Origin: Octopus sinensis
Lineage: Eukaryota
DNA length: 64,000 nucleotides
Assembly (NCBI RefSeq): GCF_006345805.1
Contig: NC_043011.1
Location: 55,564,464 to 55,628,463 of the forward strand
Reading direction: 5' to 3'
Below the pieces are notes generated by a model that saw only the letters and a list, made by a program, of their open reading frames with translations, ran no database searches and had not been told where the DNA came from. Positions 41,300-52,744 of the stretch are shown one piece after another (within the stretch, counting starts at the first letter, position 1; each line of letters begins with the position of its first letter). The position numbers and the translations under genes were made by a program.

Positions 41300-42052
41300 C
41301 AGTTGTGGTGTGCAAGAGAGACGTTTGCGCTGGTATGGTCATGTGGCGAGAATGGATGAAGATAGTTGTGTGAAAAAGTGCCACACCCTAGCGGTTGAGG
41401 GAACCTGTGGAAGAGGCAGACCCAGGAAAACCTGGGACGAGGTGGTGAAGCACGACCTTCGAACTTTAGGTCTCACTGAGGAAATGACTAGAGACCGAGA
41501 CCTCTGGAAGTGTGCTGTTGCGCGAGAAGACCCGGCAGGACAAGTGAGTCCACAACCCGTGGCCTTCTACATGGGATGGAGCCAGCCTACGTATGCATAC
41601 CTTCCCTTCTTGGGACACAAAACTTACTTGTGAAGACGTGTTGAGGCAAGTGAGGATCAGAATCGAAATCGATCAATGGAAATTGCAGATGTGTTACCAG
41701 TGCCGGTGGCATGTAAGAGAACTTTCCGTTTCGCGACCGTTGCCAGCACCGCCCCGTTTCGTGTCCGTTGCCAGCCTCGCCTGTCCCTCGTGCCGGTGGC
41801 ACATAAAAAGCACCATCCGTTCGTGGCCGTTTGCCAGCTCTGTCTGGCACCAGTGCGGGTGGCACGTAAAAAGCACCCACTACACTCACGGAGTGGTTGG
41901 CGTTAGGAAGGGCATCCAGCCGTAGAAACACTGCCAGATTTGACTGGGCCTGATGAAGCCTTCTGGCTTCACAGACCCCAGTAGAACCGTCCAACCCATG
42001 CTAGCATGGAAAGCGGACGCTAAATGATGATGATGATGATGATGATGATGAT
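41300..42052 (+). mobile_element. Young 5'-truncated RTE LINE: ORF end, tandem-unit 3' UTR and (GAT)n tail
   Basis: GVQERRLRWYGHVARMDEDSCVKKCHTLAVEGTCGRGRPRKTWDEVV, intact reading frame. Confidence 0.92.
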
Positions 42053-42127
42053 GTATGTGTGTATATATATATATATATGAATGTAAATGCTTTCCAAATA
42101 AAATTGATAAAACTGCAGCACATGTTT

Positions 42128-42213
42128 GAGGCTCTGATGAAGCTACAAGCTGATACAAAAGCATGATGCACTCTGAGTGCAGTGCATCTTATAGCAGAAA
42201 CAGCTGTATGCTA
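42128..42213 (+). ncRNA. Type I hammerhead ribozyme motif with branched stem II
   Basis: CUGAUGA-a-gcuacaag...gaugcac/gugcauc...cuuauagc-a-GAAA-cagcug-UA. Stem I imperfect. Confidence 0.6.
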
Positions 42214-43240
42214 ATGAAGTTTATGGCTTAATCTCTTGTTGTACACATTGTACACTGCTTTCTGCTCTCCATACCAACCACGGACTGCTTGAAGCTTACA
42301 CACTTCCTACACTTGGATCCCTAGATCTTAACCTTGTATATCTATCTATCTATCTGTCTATGCATGCATGCATGTATGCATACATACATACATACATGTA
42401 ACCCAGTACAACCTGTTGCATGGTCGGGCCGTCGGCGACTAAACCGGCAACCCCACCAAACTTGCTTGGTGAGGAGGGCGTTTATTGGACACCCTGTGGG
42501 ATGAAAAACAAAACCCGTCAAAGGGTGGAGGAACTCTTGAGAGTCAACGGCCATCCAATAAATGTGTAATTTTTTTCTTTTTTTTCCTAAGGCTTAAGGC
42601 TGTATCATGCGCGGGGACATAGAAATAATCGGATATACATACATACACACACACACATGTATACATGCCAGCAGGGAAAATGGGTGTTAAAGGAGGAGGA
42701 TGAGGAGGATATATGTATAAATAGAGCCAGCACTCATGCAAGTGAGGAGTATGGCTTTATGACATGCCCCATGGTTTTGTTTATTGTTTTATGTCTCAGA
42801 TATAGATGCCCTTTTGGTGCTCCCACCCTTGACTCAGCTTGTGGGAGAGAAGGCTGAATTAGTTTTCATTTGGGGTTTGTTTCACAAACTGAGTAGACTG
42901 GAGCAATGTGGAATGATCCAGGAACTGAATCCAGGACCTTCAGAGTTCAACACCCCGATGTTATTACTGTTCCTCTAATCTACAGTCCTGGACTGGTCCA
43001 TTTTATTGGCCCTGAAAGAATGTAAAGCAAAGCTGACCTTGGTAGGATTTGAACTCAGAGCAGAGAGAGTCAGAAAATAATATTGTGAGATCTTCTAGCC
43101 ACTACTCAAAAGCCTTTGCCATCAGCAGTATGTTATTGATCATTGCTGATCTCTTGAAGATTGTCTGTTATTCCTGTGGGCATAAACAGTGGTAAACATT
43201 AAATACAGTAATGTTTGAATGAAAACACTAATGTCTTTAA

Positions 43241-43461
43241 CCCTTTTGTTACTGTATTTATTTTGAGATGCTCTGTGTTTCTTTCAATCACTTTAAATAT
43301 GACAAAGAATTTAGTAAAATAACCTGGTTATCATTAAGCTAGTGTTAGGAACATAAATTGTGACTAAGGTTTGGTAGAAGATTTTAATTCAAAACTTATG
43401 AAAACAAGATATTTGTACTACAGAGCCAGAGCCGGTTTCAGCCAGGTTGGTAATGAAAGGG
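43241..43461. mobile_element. piggyBac-type MITE (221 bp)
   Basis: TTAA|CCCTTTTGTTAC ... GTAATGAAAGGG|TTAA. A diverged relative lies at ~3728-3885. Confidence 0.8.
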
Positions 43462-45896
43462 TTAAATAATCCAAACCATATTTATTCCAGTTTTGTAACC
43501 TCAAACACATTAATGATATCTTTCTTAGACATTTTCATACTAATTTAGAATTGCTTAAATACACTTCTGACATTCTGGACGATCAAGTTAGTAAAGAGAA
43601 AACTTCTGAGTCATACTTATATTGAATACTTGTCCTAAATTTGAATGAATGTATCTTGACTATTACACTAAAAACTGGTTCAATGTCATGTTAGATGCAT
43701 TTCAATATCAAGTTTCTAAGATCAAAATCTGGTTGGGTCAACTTTGTGCTTTATTCATCCAGGTATAATAAAACAACAAGCCGGGCAAGTCTTTACATCC
43801 TGCCCCCACTCGAAATGGAGAAGAATCTTAGTGTTTTCTTTGGCAATAATTCACTGCAGTAGTTTTTCATTCCTTTTTCCAGACTCATGAACAGATTTGA
43901 GACATGAATGACACACCCACCGAGTGGACAATGGACCATTATCATATCTCTTGACTTGCTGCAGTTAAAAAATTATTATTGCAATGAAAAGTCACTGATT
44001 TGTTTGCTCACATGCATACATGCATGTACGTATGTATGTCATCATCATCATCGTTTAACGTCCGTTTTCCATGCTAGCATGGGTTGGACGGTTCAACCGG
44101 GGTCTGGGAAGCCAGGAGGCTGCACCAGGCTCCAGTCTGATCTGGTAGTGTTTCTACAGCTGGATGCCCTTCCTAATGCTAACAACTCCGTGAGTGTAGT
44201 GGGTGCTTTTTACGTGCCACCCGCACAGGGGCAAGAGAAGGCTGGCAAACAGCCACGATCGGTTGGTGCTTTTTTTAGAATTATTTCAGTTGTTTTGGTA
44301 AGGAGCTGGTTTCTAACAAGGAAATAAAATGATGCTCACCAAGATATGGATTATAAAAGAAATTAGTGTTACTTGTTGAACTTTAGAAAAGTTTTGCATA
44401 CTTTTATATTTCCACTTATAGATTGTGTTTGAGAAGTGTTTGAGAGCTGGTCATTTATTTTGCCTGAGAGCTCTATCTTCCCAAGGTTGCCACTGGGACT
44501 TTTATTAATTTATGAACATAAATTTATAAGATGGGTAGAGAAGCAGTTTAGATTTCAAAGCAGTTGTCCGTAAATGTCCTACTGTTTGCATGTGTATATG
44601 TATGTACATACATACATACATACATACATACAAATGTGTTGTGTGTGTGTGTGTATATGCTTCTATGCATGCAAGCATATCTGTATTTCTGTATATGTGT
44701 ATGTAGGTAATATGATCCCTTGTGAGTGCCATATGTAGCACATGACCCAGTCCAACCTGTTACATGGGTGGGTCATCAGCAATAAAACTTGATGGATCCC
44801 CTCAGCCTGTTTGGTGCAGTGAAGGGGGCGGGGAGAGACTTCTGGACATTCTATGCAATGGAAAACAAGACTTGCTGATCAACTCCAGACAGTCAACCAC
44901 TAATGTGCATACATACATACATACATACATACACATATACATGCATACATACATACATACACATATATATATACTCATATCCATCCATCCATCCATTCAT
45001 ACATACATACATACATACATACATACATACGTACGTAGGTACATACATACACACATACATACATACATACTCACATCCATCTATCTATCCATCTCCACCT
45101 ATCCATCCATCCATACATACATACACATATATATACTCACATCCATCCATCCATCCACACATACATATATACATGCATGTATATATACATGCATGCATAC
45201 ACACATATACATACACTCAAAATATAGTATATATATCATGGACGTAGCTACTGGTGTGGAAGGAGAGAAAGTCTTAATCCTGTCATACTGGTGTACGCCA
45301 TTGCAAGAAAGCCGTTGACAAGAAGGGGCCACATCTTCAAAGAAAGAGGAAAGGGAATGTAAGAGGGGATCATATTTGATTTGGGGGTTGGCAATTGGCA
45401 TGTATCCTCCTGCTCCTCCTCTTCCTCCTTGTTTTAGCATCAACTTTTCCATGTTTGCAGGAGTCAGAAGAAATTTTTTGAAGCAGGTTTTCTTCAACTG
45501 GATGCCCTTCCTGTCACCAACATTCACCTGTTTCCAGACAGTTTTTTCACAAAAACATACAACATCGCTTGTATGACAATGATGCTCATTTACAAACATC
45601 AGATGAAGGGAACAAGTAAACACAAACACATACACACACACACACTCACACACACACACACACATGTGTGCGTATGTGTTATTACAACTAAAGATCAGAT
45701 TGACCTTTCTCTCGACATGTAAATTAACTCGAAAATTTAATTCTTCATTTCTGGAAATTATTTCTAATTCTGTCTGTGAGTCACAAACAATTACCACAAG
45801 GTTTTGACTTTATTTTTTTAACTTTGAGGAAATTTTCAATAAATTAAGAATTCGTTGTATACAGCATTCAGTACATCACCCTTTGACTTATACATA

Positions 45897-47224
45897 CGAA
45901 GGAGTACCCCAAAATAACCAGAAACATTCTCTGTGGGACAAGCCCATTGTAGTTCAGGCTTCTGACATTAGAAACCACTTGATGCAACCCTCAGGCATCA
46001 ATCTACCAACTGACATCATCCGGTGCTATCATACTGCCATGTGGTGTATCTTCGTTTTGCAGTGCTTCTTGCCTGTTGATTTTGTGAGGGCTGAAACGAA
46101 GGGGCAGTGTGCTTCTGTGAAATTGCTTTCTGCTGGAGAAAACAGCAGCTGAAACAGTTCTCAGGCTTCAAGCAGCTTACATGGAGGCTGCTACGAACAA
46201 AACACAAGTTTACAAGTAGTTTTCACACTTTAGGAATGGTCACTTGTCACTTGAAGATCAACCTCATTCAGGGCAACCGTTGACCTGACAAATGAGTGAA
46301 AACACCAGGAAAATTCATGAACTGATCTTCGAGGACTGTCACTGAACAATTGATGAACTTGTTGATTTGATTGATGCATCCTGGAACTCCGCATCCTGGA
46401 GCTCTGCATCCTGGAGTTCCTCCCAATGAAGTGTGAGCGAGGAATTACAAATCAGAAGAGTTGCAGCAAAATGTTGTGCCTCACTTGCTCACAGAAGATC
46501 AAAAGCAGTCACAACTGAATGAACTGAAAGAACAGTTGAAAGTTGATTCGGACCTGTTTTTGAAGGTCATCACTGGTGACAAAAGCTGTTGCTATGGTTA
46601 CAACCCAGAAACGAAGCAGCAGTCAAGTCAGTGGAAGCATTCAATGTCACCATGCCCTCAAAAAAAGCACGTCAAGTGAAGTACAATGACAAGACGATGC
46701 TGATTTGTTTCATGAATGTGAAAGGAATTGTCCACTCAGTATTTGTTCTTCCTAATCAAATTGTTAACCAGACATTTTACTTGGAAGTTCTGAAGCATTT
46801 GTGAGACGAAAACGTCCCAATCTGTGGCAAAAAGTGGAGACAGGTGGTTTCATCATGGCAATGCACCTGCACACACTGCCTTGAGAGTGAGGCAGTTTCT
46901 TACCAAAAAGGGCACAACCCTGTATACCTGCCCTCTCAATTCACCTGATCTTGCTCCCTGTAACTTTTTTTTGTTCCCCTGAATGGAAAAAGTCCTTAAA
47001 GTTAAACGTTTTGCTGATGTGGAAGATGTGAAGAAAAAAAAAACGATGGAGGCGTCAAAAGGCATCACTTTACAAGAGTTCCAGGACTGCTTCCAGCAGT
47101 GGAAAACCAATGCCTTGTGGACCAATGCTTTGCTTCAAATGGAGAATACTTTGAAGGCGATAAAAATATAAACATGTAAAACGAAGTGAATAGAATATTC
47201 CGGTTTCTTTGGGGTACCCCCAAA
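45897..47224 (+). mobile_element. Full-length decayed mariner transposon (~1.33 kb)
   Basis: TIRs with TA, plus VVPHLLTEDQK, VITGDK, PETKQQSSQW, HGNAPAHT and SPDLAPCNFFLFP (DD34D-type motifs), with frameshifts. Confidence 0.92.
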
Positions 47225-47538
47225 TATATGCATAATTTTTATAACTTGCATTGTTTTGGCTTTAAAAAATATTTAAAACACACACACACACATCAATATA
47301 AAGGCATAGCTTGCTGCAGGTGTAGCTGTGTGGTAAGAACTTTGCTTCCTAACCACACAGTTCTGGGTTCAGTCCCACTATGTTGCACCTTGAATGAGTG
47401 TCTTCTGCTATAATCCTGGGCCAAACAAAGCCTTGTGAGTAGATGTGATAGATAGAAACTGGAAGAAGCCTATTGTATATATACATATATATATGTGTGT
47501 GTGTGTGTATGTATGTATATAAATATATATGTACACCT

Positions 47539-47767
47539 GGCGGCGAGCTGGCAGAAACGTTAGCACGCCAGGCGAAATGCATAGCAGTATTTTGTATGCT
47601 GTTACGTTCTGGGTTCAAATTCCGCTGAGGTCGACTTTGCCTTTCATCTTTTCGGGGTCGATAAATTAAGTACCAGTTACGCACTGGGGTCAATGTAACC
47701 AACTTAATCCGTTTGTCTGTCCTTGTTTGTCCCCTCTATGTTTAGCCCCTTGTGGGTAATAAAGAAA
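47539..47767 (+). mobile_element. SINE family A, full length
   Basis: Head ggcggcgagctggcagaaacgttagcacg; near-identical to 50604-50830. Confidence 0.88.
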
Positions 47768-48239
47768 CATATATACGTACACATGGTTCCTGTTTCAGTC
47801 TCACTGCACGACAACTTGGGTGAATGTCTTCTACTACAGCCTCGGGCCAACCAAAGCCTTGAGAGTGGATTTTGGTGAGGGAAACTGAAAAAAGCCCATC
47901 ATGTGTGTGTGTGTGTGTGTCTGTTTGTCCCTCCACCATCACTTGACAACCGATGTTGGTGTGTTTACGTCCCTGTAATGTAGCAGTTTGGCAAAGGAGA
48001 CCAATATATGTGTGTGAGTCTTTGTGTTTGTCCCCTTCTTCATTGCTTGACAACTGGGGTTCAGGAAAAGAGAACAACAGAATAAGTACCAGAGTTAAAA
48101 GAAAAATAATTACTCGAGCTTATTCATTCTACTAAAACCCTTCAGGGTAGTGCCCCAGCATGGCCACCATCCAAAGACTGAAAAGGTAAAAGAATGAAGG
48201 AATATATATATATATGTGTGTGTCTGTGTGTGTGAGTGT

Positions 48240-48540
48240 GGAGGCGCAATGGCCCAATGGTTAGGGCAGCGGACTCGTGGTTGTAGGATCGCGGTTTCGA
48301 TTCCCAGACTGGGTGTTGTGAGTGTTTATTGAGCGAAAACACCTAAAAGCTCCACGAGGCACCACCAGGGGGTGGTGATGATCCCTGCTGTACTCTTTCG
48401 CCACAATTTTCTCTCATTCTTTCTTCTGTTGGCCTGCTCGCTTAGCCAGCAGGGTGGCGTCACTTGAAGGCTAAAACAATGCAAAGCACATTGTGACCAG
48501 TGATGTGTAGCAACATCTGATAGCCTGGTCGGTCACGGTG
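48240..48540 (+). mobile_element. SINE family C, tail type 1
   Basis: Colinear with 21703-21994. Confidence 0.85.
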
Positions 48541-49349
48541 ATATATATATATATATATATCATCATCATCATTTAATGTCCTCTCTTCGTGTTGGTATAG
48601 GCTGGATGATTTGTCAGGAGCTGGCATGGTCAGAAGGCTGTGCCACCCTCTACAGACACCTTTGGCATGGTTTATACAGCTGAATGCTCTTCTTAACATC
48701 ATGATTAATATGTTTTATTCTCTGTCATAATGGCTATAATCTTTACTATTCAGCCATTAGTATTTTGTTTAAACAAATGGTGTCAGAGCTGAGGTGTTGC
48801 CACTGAATGCCTTTTCAGCTGCTAATTAAAGAACTGGAATTTGTTTTTAACCAGTCAAGCTGAAAGAAGGTGAGTTGTATGCCTTACCCAGGAGTTTAAT
48901 GTAATACTTATAATCAGCTTTCAAGTCTGGATAATCTAATTTAGAATTGCTTCTTTGTAATCTAAATTTGCAAAGACATTTTAAATGAACAAAGATTACC
49001 AGAACTACGGTCATTTTATATATTTTGGAAACTAAATTACAAGAAAAATATCCTCACATTCAAAGCATTCATAAAACTGCCAAGAGATTTACTTACATTT
49101 TACCTTTCATTTGTTTCATTCATTAGACTGTGGCCATGCTGGGGCACCTCCTTGAGGGGTTTAGTTGAACAAATCAACCCCAGTACTTACTTTATTTATC
49201 TGGTATTTTGTCTGCTGTTCTCTTTTGCTGAACCACTAAGTTAAGGGGACGCAAACAAACCAACACTGTTTGTTAAACTGTGAGCTGGTGAGGGACATAT
49301 ACAAACACAAAAGCACACACACACACACACACACGTACCACCATACGAG

Positions 49350-49850
49350 CATAATCGTTGACAGAGTGGCTACCGGCTTCCGTGCCAGTGGTACGTAAAA
49401 GGCACCATCCGAGTGTGATCATTACCAGCTTCACCTTACTGGCACTTGTGCCCCTTGCTAGTAGGGTGCTAAGAGCACCATCTAAGTGTGATCGTTGCCA
49501 GAGTGGCTAACTGGCTTCCGTGCTGGTGGCATTTAAGAGGCACCATTCGAGTGGGATCGTTACCAGCATTGCCTTACTGGCACCTGTGCCGTTGGCATGT
49601 GTAAAAAAAAAAAAAAAATTTGAGCGAGGTCGTTGCCAGTACCGCCTCACTGGTCCCCGTGTCAGTGGCACATAAAAGCTCCGACTACACTCTCGGAGTG
49701 GTTGGCGTTAGGAAGGGCATCCAGCTGTAGAAACTCTGCCAGATCTAGACTGGAGCCTGGTGCAGCCATCTGGTTCACCAGCCTAGTCAAACCATCCAAC
49801 CATGCTAGCATGGAAAGCAGACGTTAAACGATGATGATGATGATGATGAT
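49350..49850 (+). mobile_element. RTE 3' UTR with five ~65-bp tandem units and tail
   Basis: Same unit order as 62960-63390. Confidence 0.85.
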
Positions 49851-49919
49851 GATATATATATATATATATTGTTCCTTTGTGACAGGCCCTTTTAAGCTCA
49901 GGGTGCTGAATTATCCTTT

Positions 49920-50300
49920 CCCCATAGGCATTGCAACTAGTCTTAATGACACCTCTCCTCTTGTTCCGATCCAGAACATCAATTTCCCAATCCCTTCTCT
50001 TCGCATCCAGTTTCTTCAGGGTTTTCTTTCACACATTCTTTATACCTTTTCCTCGGCTTATGTTGTGGTTGCCTACCAGAGTTGAGCTCACCATAAAAAA
50101 GATGCTTTGACAATCGCTAATCTTCCATTCTAATAACATGTCCAGTCCATCTCATTTGAGCCACGATAAAATGTTGTTCAACTGAGCTGCAATGTGCCAT
50201 GTGCAAAACTTCTGTATCTGGTATGAAACATTCCCACTTGACTCCCAATATACATCAGAGTCACTTTTGAAGAAATCTCTCCGGCATTTTGATATGATAC
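49920..50300 (-). mobile_element. Second RTE lineage (BovB-like) C-terminal fragment
   Basis: ILGVKWECFIPDTEVL, AQMRWTGHVIRMED, LFYGELNSG and KPRKRYKECVK motifs. Confidence 0.75.
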
Positions 50301-50438
50301 CTGTAAGTGGTCCATTTTTCAACCATGTAGTTTCATGTTTGGTCCCACAACACTTTGGGCAAGTGTCTTTTACTATAGCCCCAGGTTGACCAATATCTTG
50401 GAAGTAAATTTGGTAAACAGAAGCTCAATGTATATATA

Positions 50439-50477
<39 letters not shown>

Positions 50478-50603
50478 ACACGTGCATGTGCATGTCTCCC
50501 ACCTACCATTTGACAATCAGCATTGATTTGTTTCACAAAACCCTTGAAGAGTGCCCCAACATAGCTGCAGTCCAATGCCTGAAGCAAGTAAAAAAATAGA
50601 AGA

Positions 50604-50830
50604 TGGCGAGCTGGCAGAAACGTTAGCACGCCGGGTGAAATGCGTAGCCGTATTTCGTCTGTCGTTACATTCTGGGTTCAAGTTCCGCCGAGGTCAACTT
50701 TGCCTTTCATCCTTTCGGGGTCGATAAATTAAGTACCAGTTATGCACTGGGGTCGATGTAATCGACTTAATCCGTTTGTCTGTCCTTGTTTGTCCCCTCT
50801 ATGTTTAGCCCCTTGTGGGTAATAAAGAAA
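50604..50830 (+). mobile_element. SINE family A, full length
   Basis: See 47539-47767. Confidence 0.88.
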
Positions 50831-52379
50831 CAGATATATTTCAGCAGTCTATGAAGGGATGTCTTAAATGCATTATAGTCCCTTGGACAAAGAATTTAGG
50901 CCTCCACATACACAGTCACAGCATACATAGATAAGCATTTGGTTCATAGACTTATGGAACCCTTGGACAAACTCCTGGTCATGGCCATGTCATGAGATGT
51001 CACTGACTCTCTGCATAGTAAAACAAGGAATGTTGCATTTACAATTTAGTTTTGCAAACTAAAAACTAAGAATTAGCAAAACTATTTCATTACCATTAGT
51101 TTTCTGATCTTTCACAAGATAAATTTTTTACTGGATAACCTTTTCTCATAAACAAAATAACAGATCATATGCTTTTGGTGTGTACAATGAGACAATGGAG
51201 TCTACAGTTTTATATATCATAGGTCATGAGAGTGGTCCATTCACCATAAGAGTTATGTACTGAAGAAGATGGCGTCTTGCTGAATATTACAGTCCCCATG
51301 GTATTGTTTGATGTTGCTGGAATGAAATATCACTAGCCAGCACTGGTGACTGGTACAATGAGTGGAAGTTGCAGAAAAATAGATGCAATTCTAAATTGGA
51401 TATTTTATAATGCTCATCTAAGTTTGAATCCTTAATAGAGTTAGTTGTTTTCTTTCTGTTTTTTGAGTAATGTTTTGGAGTAAGTGATAAAAATTAAGTG
51501 GGGAGAAAAGTTATGTCAGCCTCTACTAAGAACAGACTACACAACTGAATACCCTGTATGATATAATTTCACAATATCTAATACCATACAGGACTGGGTA
51601 CTGCAACAAGAGCAGTACTTTAGTATTGCTTTGCCTTATGTATTGTAAACAAAAATTCACTTCTTTCCTACGTTTTAGTCTTTATTATTCCTCCAATGTG
51701 AACCAAACAGGATTTAAATGATGAAGCAGATAAGTTAAAGAAATGTCTTAAAGAAGCAAACAAGCAATATGAAATTGTTTTCATTTCTTTCAATTAATAG
51801 GTAAACAAGAAATGCTTCATTGCACACCCAACAAATTTAAAGTCATGCAATGCTTCACTGCAGCTCAGGAATGTTGACTGTGTATGTGATATGGTCTTGA
51901 AAAAATTTTGTCACACGACTTGTCTCTAAGCTTATTCAGATGTTTCGAGAGAGATTTTTTCCCCTAATTTTTTGCATTTCATGTATGGATATCTTCTATA
52001 TAAAACAGCTTCTTTCAGACAATTTGTTTACTCCTTCAAAAGTCTCTCAATGTCTGCAATTTGAACTTTCATCTTTTACAATTAATTAAAATGTAGATTT
52101 GGAATTACTTTGAATATTTTGTTGTGAGTTAGAGAAAGGAAAATTTGGTTAACAAAAATCACATTTACTCTTATGGTTTTTTTTTTTAGTTGTTTTGTTA
52201 TTTGAGATCATATTCACACACACACACAGATGGATGAACTACTAGGAACATACAAATATAATTAACCACAGCAGAATCCATCATTAGTTGATACTCATTA
52301 ACATAAATGATGCCTTTAAACATATCAATTCATCTTTATAGAATGCTGCCTAAGATATTCGACTACTGTCTCATGGTTC

Positions 52380-52744
52380 AATTGTTGTTGCAACTGTTGT
52401 TGCTGTTGCTGCTGAGCAAAGCAGTCTTCGTCCCAGAGCTCGCAAGATGGGAGAAGTTTGAATTGTGGTCCTTTGCTATTCGTAAGACCCGCAGAAGAGA
52501 AAGCAGGTCAACCCCCGACACCGAGAGCTCAGCGGTTGCGTAGGAAGACGGGGACAAGAAACAAGAAGAAAGAGTGAGAGAAAGTTGGAGCGAAAGAGTA
52601 CAACAGGGGTCGCCACCACCCCCTGCCAGAGCCTCGTGGAGCTTTAGGTGTTTTCGCTCAATAAACACACACAACGCCTGGTCTGGGAATCGAAACTGCG
52701 ATCCTCCGACCGCGAGTCCGCTGCCCTAACCATTGTGCCACCAC
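52380..52744 (-). mobile_element. SINE family C head with a different 3' tail (type 2)
   Basis: First ~170 nt match family C; the 3' part is unrelated and ends in (CAA/CAG)n. Confidence 0.8.

Noticed and set aside
41945-41975. CTGATGAAGCCTTCTGGC in the RTE tail looks like a hammerhead 5' half
   Set aside because: No GAAA or stem III follows, and other tail copies read CTGGTGCAGCC.
49350-49700. CRISPR-like appearance of palindromic repeated units
   Set aside because: No unique spacers and no cas genes; the array is part of a eukaryotic LINE UTR.
51262-51276. AAGATGGCG YY1-like core
   Set aside because: Isolated in CpG-poor sequence with no other promoter signal.
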